From Marsupella aquatica (taxonomy: Eukaryota > Plantae > Marchantiophyta): a stretch of 64,000 bases of DNA. The notes under the pieces are model-generated. The model saw only the letters and a list, made by a program, of their open reading frames with translations. It was not told where the DNA came from and did no database searches. Location: positions 17,846,752 to 17,910,751 of the forward strand of contig OZ316898.1 in assembly GCA_973895155.1 (NCBI GenBank), read 5' to 3'. Of the stretch, positions 22,270-34,865 are shown piece after piece (the stretch's first letter is position 1; each line of letters starts with the position of its first letter). A program made the position numbers and the translations under genes.

Positions 22270-25200
22270 TGTGACGGGGTCCCGCCACGGTAAGTCACCA
22301 TTAGTGTCACCAGCAAGACACCTGTAAATAAATAAGCCCATAGATGCGAGTTTTTTAATGTTCTTTAAGTTTGTAAAGTTTTTTAAAGCATCTCGGGATA
22401 GTCGGAGACCCCAACAGACCCGGGTTAATTATGGGGCAAAACCTGGGGGGGTTTAAAATCGTGACTTTCCGGGAAGGTAAGGAAGTCCGGGAAATAAGCA
22501 TTTTTAATTTTTTTGGTAACACCCCTTCTAAAGCAACACTCAGGCAGGACTGGGGGAGTATGGGGGTTTTAATTAAACCCCCATTAAATCCTTCCGCGAG
22601 TGGGCAGCGAGAGAGCCGGGCCTTAAAGAGTATGAGGGGATCCATAAGGGGCAGCCCTGGAGCTGCCACGTGGAATCCCCATAAGGGGCACGAAGCCAGC
22701 CAAGGCGAAGAAGCTGCCGCGAGTTCGGGGGGTTGTTTTTTTTAAATCCCTCCCAAGGAGGGCAGCCGGGCCGTGGCAGAGCGAGCGAGTGACCGGGAAG
22801 GAGGGCCGCGAGCTCCGCGAGGGCGGGAGCTGCTGCGAACTGCCGCGAGTAAGGAGTATGAGGGGTTTTAAAATAAATCCCTCCTAAGGAGGTCCACGAG
22901 CTGCCGAGAGGGCAAGGGCTGCCAGAGCGCGAGCGGGGGTGTCCATGAGTGAGCCAGGGGGTAGGGAGCCGGCCGGCAGCAGAACCGGGGGATATTAGGG
23001 CAGCCGCGTGGCAGGGGGCGAGCGAGTCCTACATAGGGCCGCGAGCCGCCAGGGAGCTGCTAGGCGCGAGCTGCGGGAGGAGGGGGAAATTAAAACCCCC
23101 TTAAGGGGCTCCGCGAGTGACCGGGCAGGGGGGCCTCAAGCCCTGCATAGGGCCACGAGCCCGCACGGACGCGAGCTGCGAGGAAGGGGGACTCCCGCGA
23201 GTCGGGACAAAGGAGGGCTCCGGGGCGCAAGGCGAAAAGCTGCTCCCGGGAAGGGTTTCGTTGTTTTTTTCTCTCCCCTCTTTTCTCCTTTTCACACGAC
23301 CCTTCTCTTGCCAAAAGCAAACTCAAGTTTCTCTCTCTTATTGCCGAAAGCTTTCTCCTTATGTTACAATTATTTGAGCTCTCTCTCCAATTCTTCTCAA
23401 GGCTCACTCATGGGGGATTGCGGGGACTGTCCGGGCATTAACGACAACAACATGGAGTGACAACGGAGGGGATTGAGAGAAATAAATTAATCGGGCTACG
23501 GGGGCTGTTTCGGGCCAGGGAATTGACATTGCTACGGGTGATAGGATTTGGTGATTGATTTGATTTCGGGATGCATGAATGCTAGATCAACCGGAGTTTA
23601 GTGTGGCACGCATTCGGAGATACAAGGCTGCTTACCGTGACTACGTGGAGACTTTGATTGCAAGGGAGAGAGAAGAGAGAGAAGCTACGATGAGCATGGG
23701 ATTGGCAGCAAGTTCCACACCGGTGGGTAGGAGGATTTTTCGTCGAATTTATCCCAAGACCTCCGCCAAGGTGATGGAGGATTGTCGGAATATTTTCCAA
23801 GCCACCGGGGTTACAGAATTCATGAAGGTGGAGATTACCATCCCTCCGGGGAAGAGCTGGGACATGGAGGCCGGGATGGAGTTACGAACGGAGGGAATCT
23901 ACTTTGAATGTCTCAAACGTGTAGTGCCCCATGTGGAGTTGGCTAGGCTGCTGTTTCTGGAGAATCATAAATTCTCATTCACACCTCGACACATTAGGGG
24001 AGAACTCACGTTGAAGATGGTGGCCACTTGGGTGATTAATCCCACCTCCACCACTGCCATCCCTCTTTCCGCTGTCAAGGATGTTGAGTATAAGGGATTC
24101 CTGGCCAAGGTTCATCAACGGGTCCTTGGCAACGTGCAATCCGGGGTGGTGAATGAAGAGCATTTCGTGGTAGCTATGGACATCAAGAACCACCCAGCCC
24201 ATGTGTACGGATGGTGGTACTACGGGTTGAAGAAGCTGTTGGCCGCTGACCCCGGGAGTGTGAAACCAGGTGGGGTTGTACATTTGATGGGGTCATTTGT
24301 ATTGGCCAGGGCAGAAGGGTTGATTGGTTCCCCGGGACAGGAAGACACGGGATCATCTCTCACCACGGAGATCCGAAGTATTGCCACTACCGTTTTAGGG
24401 AAGCTCACGGAGGAATCATTGTCGGCTGGTGGGGATGACGATAGAGGAGAAGAAAACCAGGATGAGGACTACACGTTGGAGTGGCTTGAATCACTCATGG
24501 GAGATCCAAAAAATCCCCTGGTCTACAACATTCCGGATGTTTACCTGGCAGAGCTACAGGAATTCAGAGAGGGAGTCCATGAGGGACTCAAGCTAGTCCA
24601 CGCATTGAGAGATTCTCTCAAGCACGCCACAGCAAGAGTAGAGACGTTAGAGCAGAGTACCCTGTCTCTGAAGGAGGTGATCAAGGCCAAGGAGGGGACC
24701 ATTCATGAGAAGGTTAAGCTTCTCCAAGCAGCTCACGTAGAGATCTCCAACTTGAAGGGAGCCTTGTCCACCAAGGCCAAGGAAGCAGAAGAGGTGGGAG
24801 CGTTGAGACAAGCATTGGCCAAAGAGAAGCAGAATTCTGGAGAAGTGGTGGAGTGGAGAAACCAGGTGGGAGCACTACGGAGTCAGGTGGCCGCCTTTGA
24901 GACACGAGCAAAGAGGAGTGAGGCCTTGAGTCTGGGGAAACGGAAGAGCCCTGGCACACCTAGCTCCACACTTTCCCCGGATTTGATCTCCCAGGCTATT
25001 GAGATGGTGGTGAAGGAGGTTAGTGGGAAGTATGGGCCCTTGTTGGATGGAGCCAAGAAGAGTCAGGAGAAGAGCAAGGGCTTGGAGAAGAAGCTCCGGG
25101 AGGTACGGAAATCGTTACGGGAGGCTCAGGTCAGTACGGGGATGCCACCCAGGTCTGTCACCCCCGGGACTCCCATGGCCATAGGGCAAGTTCTACCGTT

Positions 25201-26464
25201 GGAGTTGCGGTCCGGAGAAGAGGCTACCCTATGGAAGGACACCATTGGTGAGGGGTACATCAAGGCGTGGCAGGCCTTGGCCACTTTGAGGAAGCAAGGG
25301 AGCGGCAGCACGAAGAGTACCCCGGTAAAGAAGAAGAAAAGTGAGGTGGCACTCACTCCCGTGAGTGATGAAGAGGAGGCCCACTCACGGGGCACAAGCC
25401 AGGGCACCGAGAGTGAAGAAGAGGAGTAGATAGTCGTACGGATGTGGTTGTACGGCCTCTAGATTTGCAATTTTTTTGGATGGGGTCACTCACGGGCTTG
25501 TTGGAAAGAGCTCGTGGAGCTGATTCCAACAAGAGGCGGCGCTCCTCAAACGGAGCCAGGATGAGCAAGTTATGGCCCGGCGAAATTGTGTTTTTGCGAT
25601 ACGGAAACGACCATAACTCAGGCGTCCGATGTCCGTTGCGAGTGCGGCTGAGTGATTCGGGATCAGGAGGAGAAGGGCTATCCAAGGGTGAGCTCAAAAG
25701 TACAATTGATAGGGCACCTAGTTTCGGCCATTGTGGGGTGCCTTGCACTTTCAGGGTTCACGGAGTACAGTTGGGGCGCCGTCAAAGGCACCGTCGGCCC
25801 CTTGTTTAGGGTTTAGGGTTTTAGCAGCATGTGTGTGCCGCATGCCTTTTTAGTTTAGGGATCTCTTAGTGCAGGGTTTTAGCGGCGCCGCTAGGGTAGC
25901 CGCCATCGTTGTGACCCCATGAGGGGTGCTTTGGTGTGGTTTTTCGGTATTTAGGGGGAGAGCCCCGAAGTAGTTCGGGGGGGAACTCAGTCTAGTGTTT
26001 GTTTGAGGGAAGTTGTCTAGCAGCCCGAAGAGGGAATTCAGCCAGAGTAGTGAGGTGACAACATAGTATTGTCCCAGGGAGGCAGGAGTTGGGCAGACGG
26101 CAGGAGGCCGGGTTGTCCTTGCAATGTATACGATTGTTCACCAAAAGATATGGATTTGGTTGGATTCCTGAATTTTGGGTGTGGTGTTCTCTCTCTTGTT
26201 GCACGGTTGTGTTCTCCCCCTAGCATGAATGTTTAGAGAAACTCGTATGGTTTGGTCGACCCTGTGAGTGGGAGAGTGGTGACAGCACTTTGCCAAAGAC
26301 TAGGAGGAGTAGGAATAAGGACAGTCCACGGGACTTGATCAAAAGCGGAGTGCACGTATAGTCGCTAGACTTGATCAAAAAATACATTTTTGGGAGCGGA
26401 AACGAATCTACTCATCCTTAGTGAGAAGTTACTCTGTATAGCGTCCCTCCACGTCCCCGTCATA
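22270..26464. mobile_element. 4.2-kb solo-LTR-like or short-TIR element
   Basis: Starts TGTGACGGGG and ends CCCCGTCATA (9/10 inverted match). Flanks ctat/cgat. GC-rich block with internal repeats inside AT-rich surroundings. Confidence 0.55.
23579..25429 (+). CDS. Uninterrupted 616-aa protein: globular N-terminus, long coiled coil, basic NLS-like motifs; probably transposon-borne
   Basis: Intronless open frame; heptad-like LKHATARVETLEQSTLSLKEVIKAKE...LEKKLREVRKSLRE; GKRKSP and VKKKKS motifs; acidic tail. Confidence 0.7.
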   Translation: MLDQPEFSVARIRRYKAAYRDYVETLIAREREEREATMSMGLAASSTPVGRRIFRRIYPKTSAKVMEDCRNIFQATGVTEFMKVEITIPPGKSWDMEAGMELRTEGIYFECLKRVVPHVELARLLFLENHKFSFTPRHIRGELTLKMVATWVINPTSTTAIPLSAVKDVEYKGFLAKVHQRVLGNVQSGVVNEEHFVVAMDIKNHPAHVYGWWYYGLKKLLAADPGSVKPGGVVHLMGSFVLARAEGLIGSPGQEDTGSSLTTEIRSIATTVLGKLTEESLSAGGDDDRGEENQDEDYTLEWLESLMGDPKNPLVYNIPDVYLAELQEFREGVHEGLKLVHALRDSLKHATARVETLEQSTLSLKEVIKAKEGTIHEKVKLLQAAHVEISNLKGALSTKAKEAEEVGALRQALAKEKQNSGEVVEWRNQVGALRSQVAAFETRAKRSEALSLGKRKSPGTPSSTLSPDLISQAIEMVVKEVSGKYGPLLDGAKKSQEKSKGLEKKLREVRKSLREAQVSTGMPPRSVTPGTPMAIGQVLPLELRSGEEATLWKDTIGEGYIKAWQALATLRKQGSGSTKSTPVKKKKSEVALTPVSDEEEAHSRGTSQGTESEEEE

Positions 26465-28342
26465 CGATACAAACAATTATTAGTAGAAACTCAACGGTAT
26501 TTGATGTGTTAATCGTTTGATAAGCAGGTGACAACTATAAAAGCCCAATTCCATGTCTCACTACTCACCATAAAAGGCAGAACACTCAGCACCTTTTGTG
26601 GAGCATTTGCCAAATAAAGGTTTTACACTCATCACCTTTTTGTGGAACTCAAAGTCCATCTGAACATGTGCACTTTACAATGAGAGCTACGGGTAACCCG
26701 TAGCCCTTTATAGGGGTAGTTGTGGTTTAAAACAAGAATGATGAAATTTGGAGCATTATTTGTTTACAAGGACATGTTCAAGAATCCAATTTCACTCACT
26801 TCTAGTAGTTAAATAGTTATATTAGCTTCCTAGCTTTACAAGCATCAAAGCATACATAAGGACATGGATCACACACAAATATGGTAAATTTGTGAGCAAA
26901 TTACCCAAACAACAGACAAAACATCTTCATAGTGGCCACCCATGACAACATAGGAGCAATAAAGAATCTCTTGCAAACTAGGTCGCAACTATGGTACCAG
27001 AGAGCACTCATGCATTGATCTCACTATTCTAGAGAGGTCCATATGTAGCTCTTGGTTGTAGGGTCTTGCAGAGGACTTCACAATTATATAGAGGGCTGAG
27101 CCTATCAACCATGGTTACAAAACTTTTGTTCTGATGAGGGCTTCCTGCTGCCATTTGCTGTGCCAACCATTGGCTGCGGATTAGTTGGATGAACCTAGCC
27201 GGCTTCAAGACCCAGAAGTATGACCAATTATACAAAGGAACATTATGGTTTGAGTTCAAAGTAAAATTCTAAAACTGTCCATCCACGTTGCAGGTCCTTT
27301 CCAGTCATTTGTCAAACATTGAGGTCCATCTAGGCATCTTGATCCATATCTAATCATAAAGCTATGAAGCATAAAATAATGGGAGTTTAATCTTTTCCTC
27401 TCTAGACTCTAGAGAGAACAAGTTGCCACAATGACTTTCCCTTCTATCATTTGTAAACCCCTCATGTATTTTTGTTGTTGTTGGTATTTATAGAGATGAG
27501 TATGAGACTTTATCCTGTGGGTACGTGAGCCATGGAACCCACCTGGTATGAGGATTCTCAAATTTGAATGAGAATACAAATAAGATGCAAAGTGGCAAAG
27601 AATGACAGATGACATTTACAGTATAAAATTGATGGACCAATGTATGTTAGCCTCAGTTTTTCCATGGGAACTTATACTTGCTAACTCATCCTCACTTGGG
27701 GATAATAGGCTATGTAGTACTTATGTTTGGTAATTTATCCTCACTTAGGGATAATGGGTTCTTTCCCCCTCTTGGGATGGGTTACCCCTATATATTCCTT
27801 TCTTCCTCTCCAAGATGTATCTTTCACTCTGGGTTCACCTTCTGTTGTTTACGGGCATGGGGGGTTAGAGCCCATTATCCCTCTTGGGATGGGTTACACC
27901 TACACATCCCTTCCTGAATTTTTCCTTTGTATGTGTGTGTATGAGGCATCACCCCCGGGTGAAGCCACTGAACCGTTGGGCCAGCTTGGCCTGGGGATTA
28001 TGAAATTTGAATGATAAATTGAATAAAGTGCAAGTGGTAGACAGAGACTGATCAAACTTTTTTTTATATATATCTGAACTCAATATTTTGTAAAAATTCA
28101 CTCAAGCTATATGTTCGATAATTATCTCCATTTAGGGATAATGGCTGTAACCCCCTAGGGCTCAGCTCCCTTGGTGATTACAGCCCATTAGCCCGTCTTG
28201 GGGATGGGTTACCCTACACCTCTCCAAGATATATCTTCCATTCCGGGTTCATCTTCCATCGTTTACGGGCATCTGTCCAAAATCGTAAAACCATAAACGT
28301 GGTATTTCTGTCGAGGTACATAAGGAGACTCTCCGTGTAGCG

Positions 28343-28352
28343 TTTAGGGTTT
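28343..28352. promoter_or_regulatory. Telo-box upstream of eIF3c
   Basis: TTTAGGGTTT (AAACCCTAAA on minus) ~230 bp before the ATG, with GCCCA/GCCCG site-II-like motifs at ~28183-28195. Typical of plant translation-machinery promoters. Confidence 0.5.
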
Positions 28353-28573
28353 CGGCGTGTAGGGTTACGGAGAGGCTCTCCCTCCTCCTCCTCCATCACA
28401 CTTCGACCCGTCTTCCCACACTCCTCCGTTGGGACGGACACGAGATTTTTCTTCTCGAAGCCATAGCTCTGCTCGAGAGCACTTGCGTTCTGATCTCTGG
28501 AGTTTTCTCAAGAGAGAGCGAGAAGGAGGACGTTGACGGAAGGATTGGTTGATTTTCAACCTCTGCTGCAGCC

Positions 28574-31500
28574 ATGGCGTCCCGATTTTGGACCCAGAAT
28601 GTTCGTATCGATGACCCACGCTGTTTTGCATTTCTCGCTTCTGTTGGTGATTTTATGATTTGGCAATGTTGTTGTTCGCATCGTTTCCTGGTGGGTTAGC
28701 TGATATGAGTTGATGCGAGCGGCGCTCTGTTTTTTTATGTTTCGGAGAGGGAACTCTCCGGGTTTAGACTTGGTTTGGGGTTCGAGATTGCCAATCTGTG
28801 CCCTCGTCTGTCTACTTTGGTCAGTTTTTCGGTGGCTGGGGTTGGGCGTCGGGGATTAGTGATCGCAATGTGTGTTCATCGTATAAAGTTCTGTTCAGAC
28901 AGTGGGGGTGTTTTGGTCGAAGTGTTTAGGTCATACGGTGATGAGTGGAGACTAGAATCTAGCAACCGTGGTCGTGTCTTGGTGGTGACGTTGTCTCATT
29001 GATGTCACGGTTTTGATTTGCGACCCGATGGGCCATCGTATTATATCCTCAGTTTCTCCTTAGAGTTGAGGTTTTAGAACTGGCATCGGGCTGTAGACGT
29101 CAACGTGGGAAGCACCAGGATGGGGGATTGGGTTTTGAGGAACTAAGAAGGCCTTTGTTTGTCGATGTCGAGCATGGGTTTGACGTCGTCTTGCTGTTGC
29201 TTGGGATCTTTTGTTGGTGAGTCCAGAGTGACAGCGAGACCGATGAGGAGGAGACATCCGATGTTGAGGAGGAGATCGGAGCGGAGCGGGATCCAGGAGC
29301 TGGTGGAGGAGCCATTCCATCCAGGTATCTGCAAGCCACCGCGGATTCCGACAGTGATGACTCCGATGATCAACGCCGCCCAGTGCGGTCGGCCAAAGAC
29401 AAACGGTTTGATGAAATGGCGCAGACTGTGGAGCAAATGAAGAATTTCATGAAAATCAACGATTGGGTGAGTCTCCAGGAGAGCTTTGAGAAGGTGAATA
29501 AGCAGCTCGAGAAGGTTATCCGTGTCACGGAAACAGAGACGGCTCCCCGCTTATATATTAAAGCCCTCGTAATGCTCGAAGACTTTCTTGCTACAGCACT
29601 CGCTAACAAGGATGCCAAGAAGAAGATGAGCAGCAGCAATGCGAAGTCCTTGAATTACATGAAGCAGAAGCTTAAAAGGAATAACAAGCTCTACGAGGAG
29701 GAGATTGAAAAATATAGAGCCAAGCCGATGTCGGAGGAGGAAGCAGAGGCGGAGGATAGTGAAGATGAGGATATGGAGTCCGGCGGTGACTACAGCGACG
29801 AAGAGCCCGGAAAGATAGCAGGTTCTGATGAAGATGAAGATCCAGACGAGGACGAGGGGGACGACGGTGAGGGTTGGGAGAAGAAGAAGAGCAGGAAGGA
29901 TAAACTAATGGATAAGCAGTTCATGAGGGATCCGAGCGAAATTTCTTGGGACATGGTCGACAAGAAGTTGAAGGAGATCATCAGTGCCCGTGGTAGGAAG
30001 GGAACTGACCGTGCTGAGCAGGTGGAGCAGCTGAGTTATCTCTCGCGAGTGGCAAAGACCCCTGCACAGAAGCTAGAAGTGTTGGTTCATGTTGTCTCTG
30101 CACAGTTTGACGTGAACCCTAGCCTGAACACTCACATGCCTATCGCTGTCTGGAAGAAAACTGTCCAGAATGTGCTTCTGATCTTGGATATTTTGGCTCA
30201 ATACCCCAACATAGTTATGGACGACAACATCGATCAGGATATGGAGAGCGAGACTCAAAAAGGAGCTGACTTTGAGGGACCCATCCACGTGTGGGGAAAT
30301 GTTGTCGCCTTTCTGGAAAGGCTTGATGATGAGCTCTTCAAAAGCTTGCAATGCATTGATCCTCACACGAAGGATTATGTGGAAAGGCTCCGAGATGAGC
30401 CCCTCTTTATGGTTCTCGCGCAAAACATTCAGGAGTACGTTGAGCGCATTGGTGACTTGAAGTGTGCCACTAGAGTCGGCCTCCGGAGAGTGGAACATGT
30501 GTACTACAAACCCCAGGAAGTGTATGAAGCAATGAGGAAACTCGCTGAGATTCAAGCTCGTCCCGAGGCAGCCGCGGAGATCGAGGTCATTGGAGAAGTG
30601 GATGACGATCTTGATGAGGAAGCGAAAGACATCAAATTGCCGGGAGAGACCAAAGGCCCTCCTTCATTTGTGGTTGTGCCCGAAGTCGTGCCCCGCATTG
30701 CATCTTTCCCCGATTTGAGCAGAACTCTTATGGACCAGCTTGTTAGCTCTATATACAAGTATGCCGAGGAGCGGACCAAGGCCAGGGCCATGCTCTGTGA
30801 TATTTATCATCATGCAATCTCTGATGAGTTCCACACCGCCAGGGATCTATTGTTGATGAGCCATTTGCAAGACAGTGTCCAGCACATGGATGTATCTACT
30901 CAGATCCTCTTCAACCGAGCCATGGCACAATTGGGTTTGTGTGCTTTTCGTGCTTCTCTGATTACCGAAGCACATGGATGTCTTTCTGAGCTGTATGCCG
31001 GCGGACGAGTTAAGGAATTGTTGGCTCAAGGAGTTTCTCAGAGTCGCTATCACGAGAAGAACCCTGAGCAGGTAACCGAGTAACTGGCCTTCCTTGCAGT
31101 TTCTAATGTCGGTTGTGCTCCTGAACAAAATTGAGATATCCAACTCCCACTTCTCTCATGACTGCCTGCGAGCACTCAGTTGCTGCTTTCCTGTTGATTT
31201 GTTTTTTCTATCGCTTCTACTGGTTTGAAGTCTCATTGGGTTGGTTCCCTAGAGTTCTGTGGTGACGTTTTTTCGAACACTTTAGTTAACAGACCAGGCG
31301 GTTTAGTATAACTGGATAATATACCTTATCTTCGTGGCTTAAATCAGCTGTCTTTGACTGTAAGTAGTGTCACGAAATTACTTACTACTACGACGCAATC
31401 TGATCAACGATATAAGGACTGTTGCTTTCAGTGATACTGAGACCTTGCGTGGACTGAAGGTTAAATGATTTTCCTCTTCTAAATTAGCTCTTGCTGGGTC

Positions 31501-32694
31501 AGATGTTCTCCAAGCCTCTTAACTAGTCTTGGAGATACGCATCCAGGGCCAGCCGTGGAATGTTTGACAAACCAGATTCCGTAGTACGAGTGTGGTCCGT
31601 CACTACTTATACCTTCAAATTCGGTAACTATGCAGGAAAAGCAGGAACGAAGGAGGCAAATGCCGTTCCACATGCACATCAACTTAGAGCTCCTCGAAGC
31701 TGTCCATCTCATTTGTGCTATGCTCCTGGAGGTGCCAAACATGGCTGCCAATGCCCATGACATAAAGAGGAAGGTCATTAGCAAGCCCTTTCGCCGACTT
31801 TTGGATATCAACGAGAGGCAGACTTTCACTGGTCCTCCTGAAAATGTCCGCGATCATGTGATGGCTGCCACCCGTTCGCTTGGGAAGGGCAACTGGCTGA
31901 AGGCAGTGGAAGTTCTCGAAGCCCTTGATGTTTGGAAGCTCCTTCCTGACAGAGATCATGTCCTGGAAATGTTGAAGGGCAAGATTCAAGAGGAGGGCCT
32001 TCGAACTTATCTGTTTACATTTTCGTCGTATTACGATTCCCTAAGCTTGGATCACTTGATGATAATGTTTCATCTTCCTGAAGCACATGTGCACAGCATT
32101 ATCAGCAAGATGATGATTGCGGAGGAGCTGCACGCAAGCTGGGATCAACCAACTCGAAGTATCGTGACCCATGATGTTGAGCCGTCAAGGCTTCAAGCTC
32201 TGGCATCACAGTTCTCCGAGAAACTCTCAGTGCTTGTCGAAAGCAATGAAAGGGCCTTGGAAGCCAAAACTGGAGGGACCTTGGATGGACTGCCACCCCC
32301 CAGGAGGGGGAAGGGAGATGGTCAAGATTTTGCTGGCGCTGCACAAGGTGATCGCAGACGAAACGACAATTATGGCCAAGGAAGACAGGGTGGGTACTAC
32401 AACCAGGGCGGCGGCCGTGGTGGTTTTGGTGGTAGAGGCGGTGGACGCTCCTCAGGTGGAGGATACCAGGGTTACAATAGAGATCAGCGCGGCTACAATC
32501 AAGGTGGTGGGCGGGGTGGGTCCACATATTCTTCCTCAGGCTACCAAAGCACCAGATACCAAGATGCCTACAGCACTGTGGGTAGAACACCCTACCAGAC
32601 TGGCCCTGCATCGTCTGGAGGCGCAAATAGAAATGTCCCAGCTGACACTGGGCGCATGGTTAGTTTGAGCTTGAGGTCAGGAAGCCGATTCTAG
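28574..32694 (+). CDS. TIF3C1: Eukaryotic translation initiation factor 3 subunit C; exons 28574-28600, 29227-31071, 31636-32694
   Basis: MASRFWTQN|SDSETDEEE...[11 protein letters not shown]...[13 protein letters not shown]...ARGRKGTDR...[17 protein letters not shown]...PCI domain ([10 protein letters not shown]), RGG-rich tail. GT-AG junctions keep frame. Confidence 0.97.
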
Positions 32695-33619
32695 GAAATT
32701 GAATTTATGAACTGCTGCATGTGATGCATCTGAGCATTGCAAAACGTTTCCTGTTTCCTCGGAGAATGAGTTTTTCATCTATGTGGTTGTATAAGCGGGA
32801 GCCTCCTACTGTAATTGAGATGGAGTTTCAGTGAAATCGTTCGGTGTCTCACCATTTTGACAGTCCTTTCAAAGTCATCTGACGGTTTTAAAGTCGTTGA
32901 CAGTTCTTGTAAAAGTCCTTGGCGCCATTATTTGGCAGTTTCATCTTTGAAGGTTAGCGTTCTGAAAGTGGTGACTTATATTGCATGATCCATATGCTCT
33001 GGTGAACGTTCCATGGCGTTCGACTGTAGCTGTGAAACTGTTACGAGAGGTAGACTAGGAAATATCCCATATTGTAGTTCGGTAGGCTTGTAGTTGAACT
33101 GTGCAGAAAACGGCATGTTCTATGACTGCTGGTTAAATATCCTATAACCAAGGACTGAGTTTATCTTGACCTTCGTTGTCTCCATTCATGATTGTGCAAT
33201 GTTGGCTACACTAGGGACATCTCCTGCGGTTTATTCTTTTGGATCTTGTCTACGTTATCGGACTTCCCAGTAGCATTTTAATCACCCTAGTATGTCGAGA
33301 AAAAGGAAGTCGAACCTACCATTAGAGCTCTGAGAGGGTACTCTCCAGAAAGAAAAGGTGCAAACTTTGGATCCCTCAGCTGGGAAGGTCTGTCTGGGCT
33401 ACCATTCGAGAGTGATCTTGAACTTTGTAATTGAGGAGTGACCGTCCTCGAGCACTTACCCTTTGACGAGATTCTCGCCCACTTTGATCGGAACAGCATT
33501 CGCGAAAGGGGAGGTCCTCTTAACACTGGACGGGCCCAATTCCTGGCCAATTGTGACTGTTCTCTATCCCTTGCTTGTAATCCTAATCTCTCTGCCCAAT
33601 TTAACGGTCTGACTTGAAC

Positions 33620-33800
33620 GACAGCACAGAAATCAAGGTTAAGGGACATGAATGTAGGCGGGGAAAATGACAGGTCTGAGAACCTCGGAAATGGAGATGA
33701 TTATGTCAGACAGCACAGAAATCAAGGTTAAGAGATATGAGTGTAGGCGGGTCAAATGACAGGTTTGAGAACCTTGGAAACGGAAATGATCGTGTCTACT
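33620..33800. repeat. Two-copy direct repeat, ~89 bp
   Basis: acagcacagaaatcaaggttaag...tgtaggcggg...atgacagg...gagaacc...ggaaa at ~33621 and ~33710. Confidence 0.85.
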
Positions 33801-34084
33801 AAATGTAACGGGTCTTAGGGCCTTAGTTGAATTCAACCTTCTCTTTACGAAACATAAGCAATGTTTCAGAAAGGCGATCAAGAGGCGAATCCTCTTTCAC
33901 ACCGAGAGAAGCTCGTAGTTTGTTAACTTCTCTGAAGAAAAAGCGAGAAATAGCGAGACCACCAGCACGTTTCTCTTACCGTCCAAGGTCTGAAGAGTCA
34001 GAAGCTAAAATGGGATCCACAAGACATTCTCACAAACTGTTTTTTTCCTCTTACCATTGAGGGGAGAGGAGTGAGACACTTTAA

Positions 34085-34865
34085 ATCTTTTGTCCATAAG
34101 AACAAGGTAGAGTGCTTTATTTACCTGAAGAGGATTGGTTGGTCCAGTGTGGCCCCTTGTTACTCAAACGCTCCCTTTCATAACTAGGTAATGAGCTGAG
34201 ATGCTTATCTACATTGGGTGGAGAAGTAGGAAATTTATATCTTTTGGCCATAAGACCAAGGTAGAGTATTTTTCTACCTCAAGCAGATTGGTTGGTCCGA
34301 ATGGCCACTTGTCACTCCATCCCTCCCTTCTTCCTATAATAACTTCAGTGATTTCCGATTGCTTTTATACATTGGCTGAGATGATTGTATACATTGGGTG
34401 GAGGAGTAGACATACATATCTTTTGGCCATAAGACAAAGGTAGAGAGTTTTTCTACCTCAAGAAGATTGGTTGGTCCAGAATGGCCTCTTGTCACTCCAT
34501 CCCTCCCTTCTTCCTATAATAACTGGTCAGTGATTTCCCATTGCTTGTATACATTGGGTGGAGGAGTAGACATTTATATCTTTTGGCCATAAGACCAAGG
34601 TAGAGTGTTTTTCTACCTCAAGAAGATTGGTTGGTCCAGAATGGCCTCTTGTCAGTCCATCCCTCCCTTCTTCCTATAATAACTGGTCAGTGATTCCCAT
34701 TGCTTTTATACATTGGGTGGCTCAGTCGTTGATTTCACATTGCATTCACATTCCTTTTATATTTGGGTGGCTCGGTTGGTGATTTCACATTGCTTTTCAG
34801 ATTGCTTTTACAGGTTGGGTGGCTCAGTAGGTGATTTTCACATTGCTTTTATACTTTGGGTGGAG
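34085..34865. repeat. Tandem array of ~4 copies of a ~160-180 bp unit, followed by shorter sub-unit repeats
   Basis: cttttggccataagaccaaggtagag...agattggttggtcc...ccctcccttcttcctataataact recurs at ~34088, 34240, 34420 and 34580; ttgggtggctc...gatttcacattgc repeats over 34712-34865. Confidence 0.9.

Noticed and set aside
25444-25809. 121-aa ORF after the 616-aa ORF
   Set aside because: GTG start, GC-rich context and no recognisable domain; cannot be supported separately.
29060-32668. Antisense and alternate-frame ORFs over eIF3c
   Set aside because: Expected shadows of a GC-rich coding sequence; the same applies to those over UBP, TBC, RNC1 and pol.
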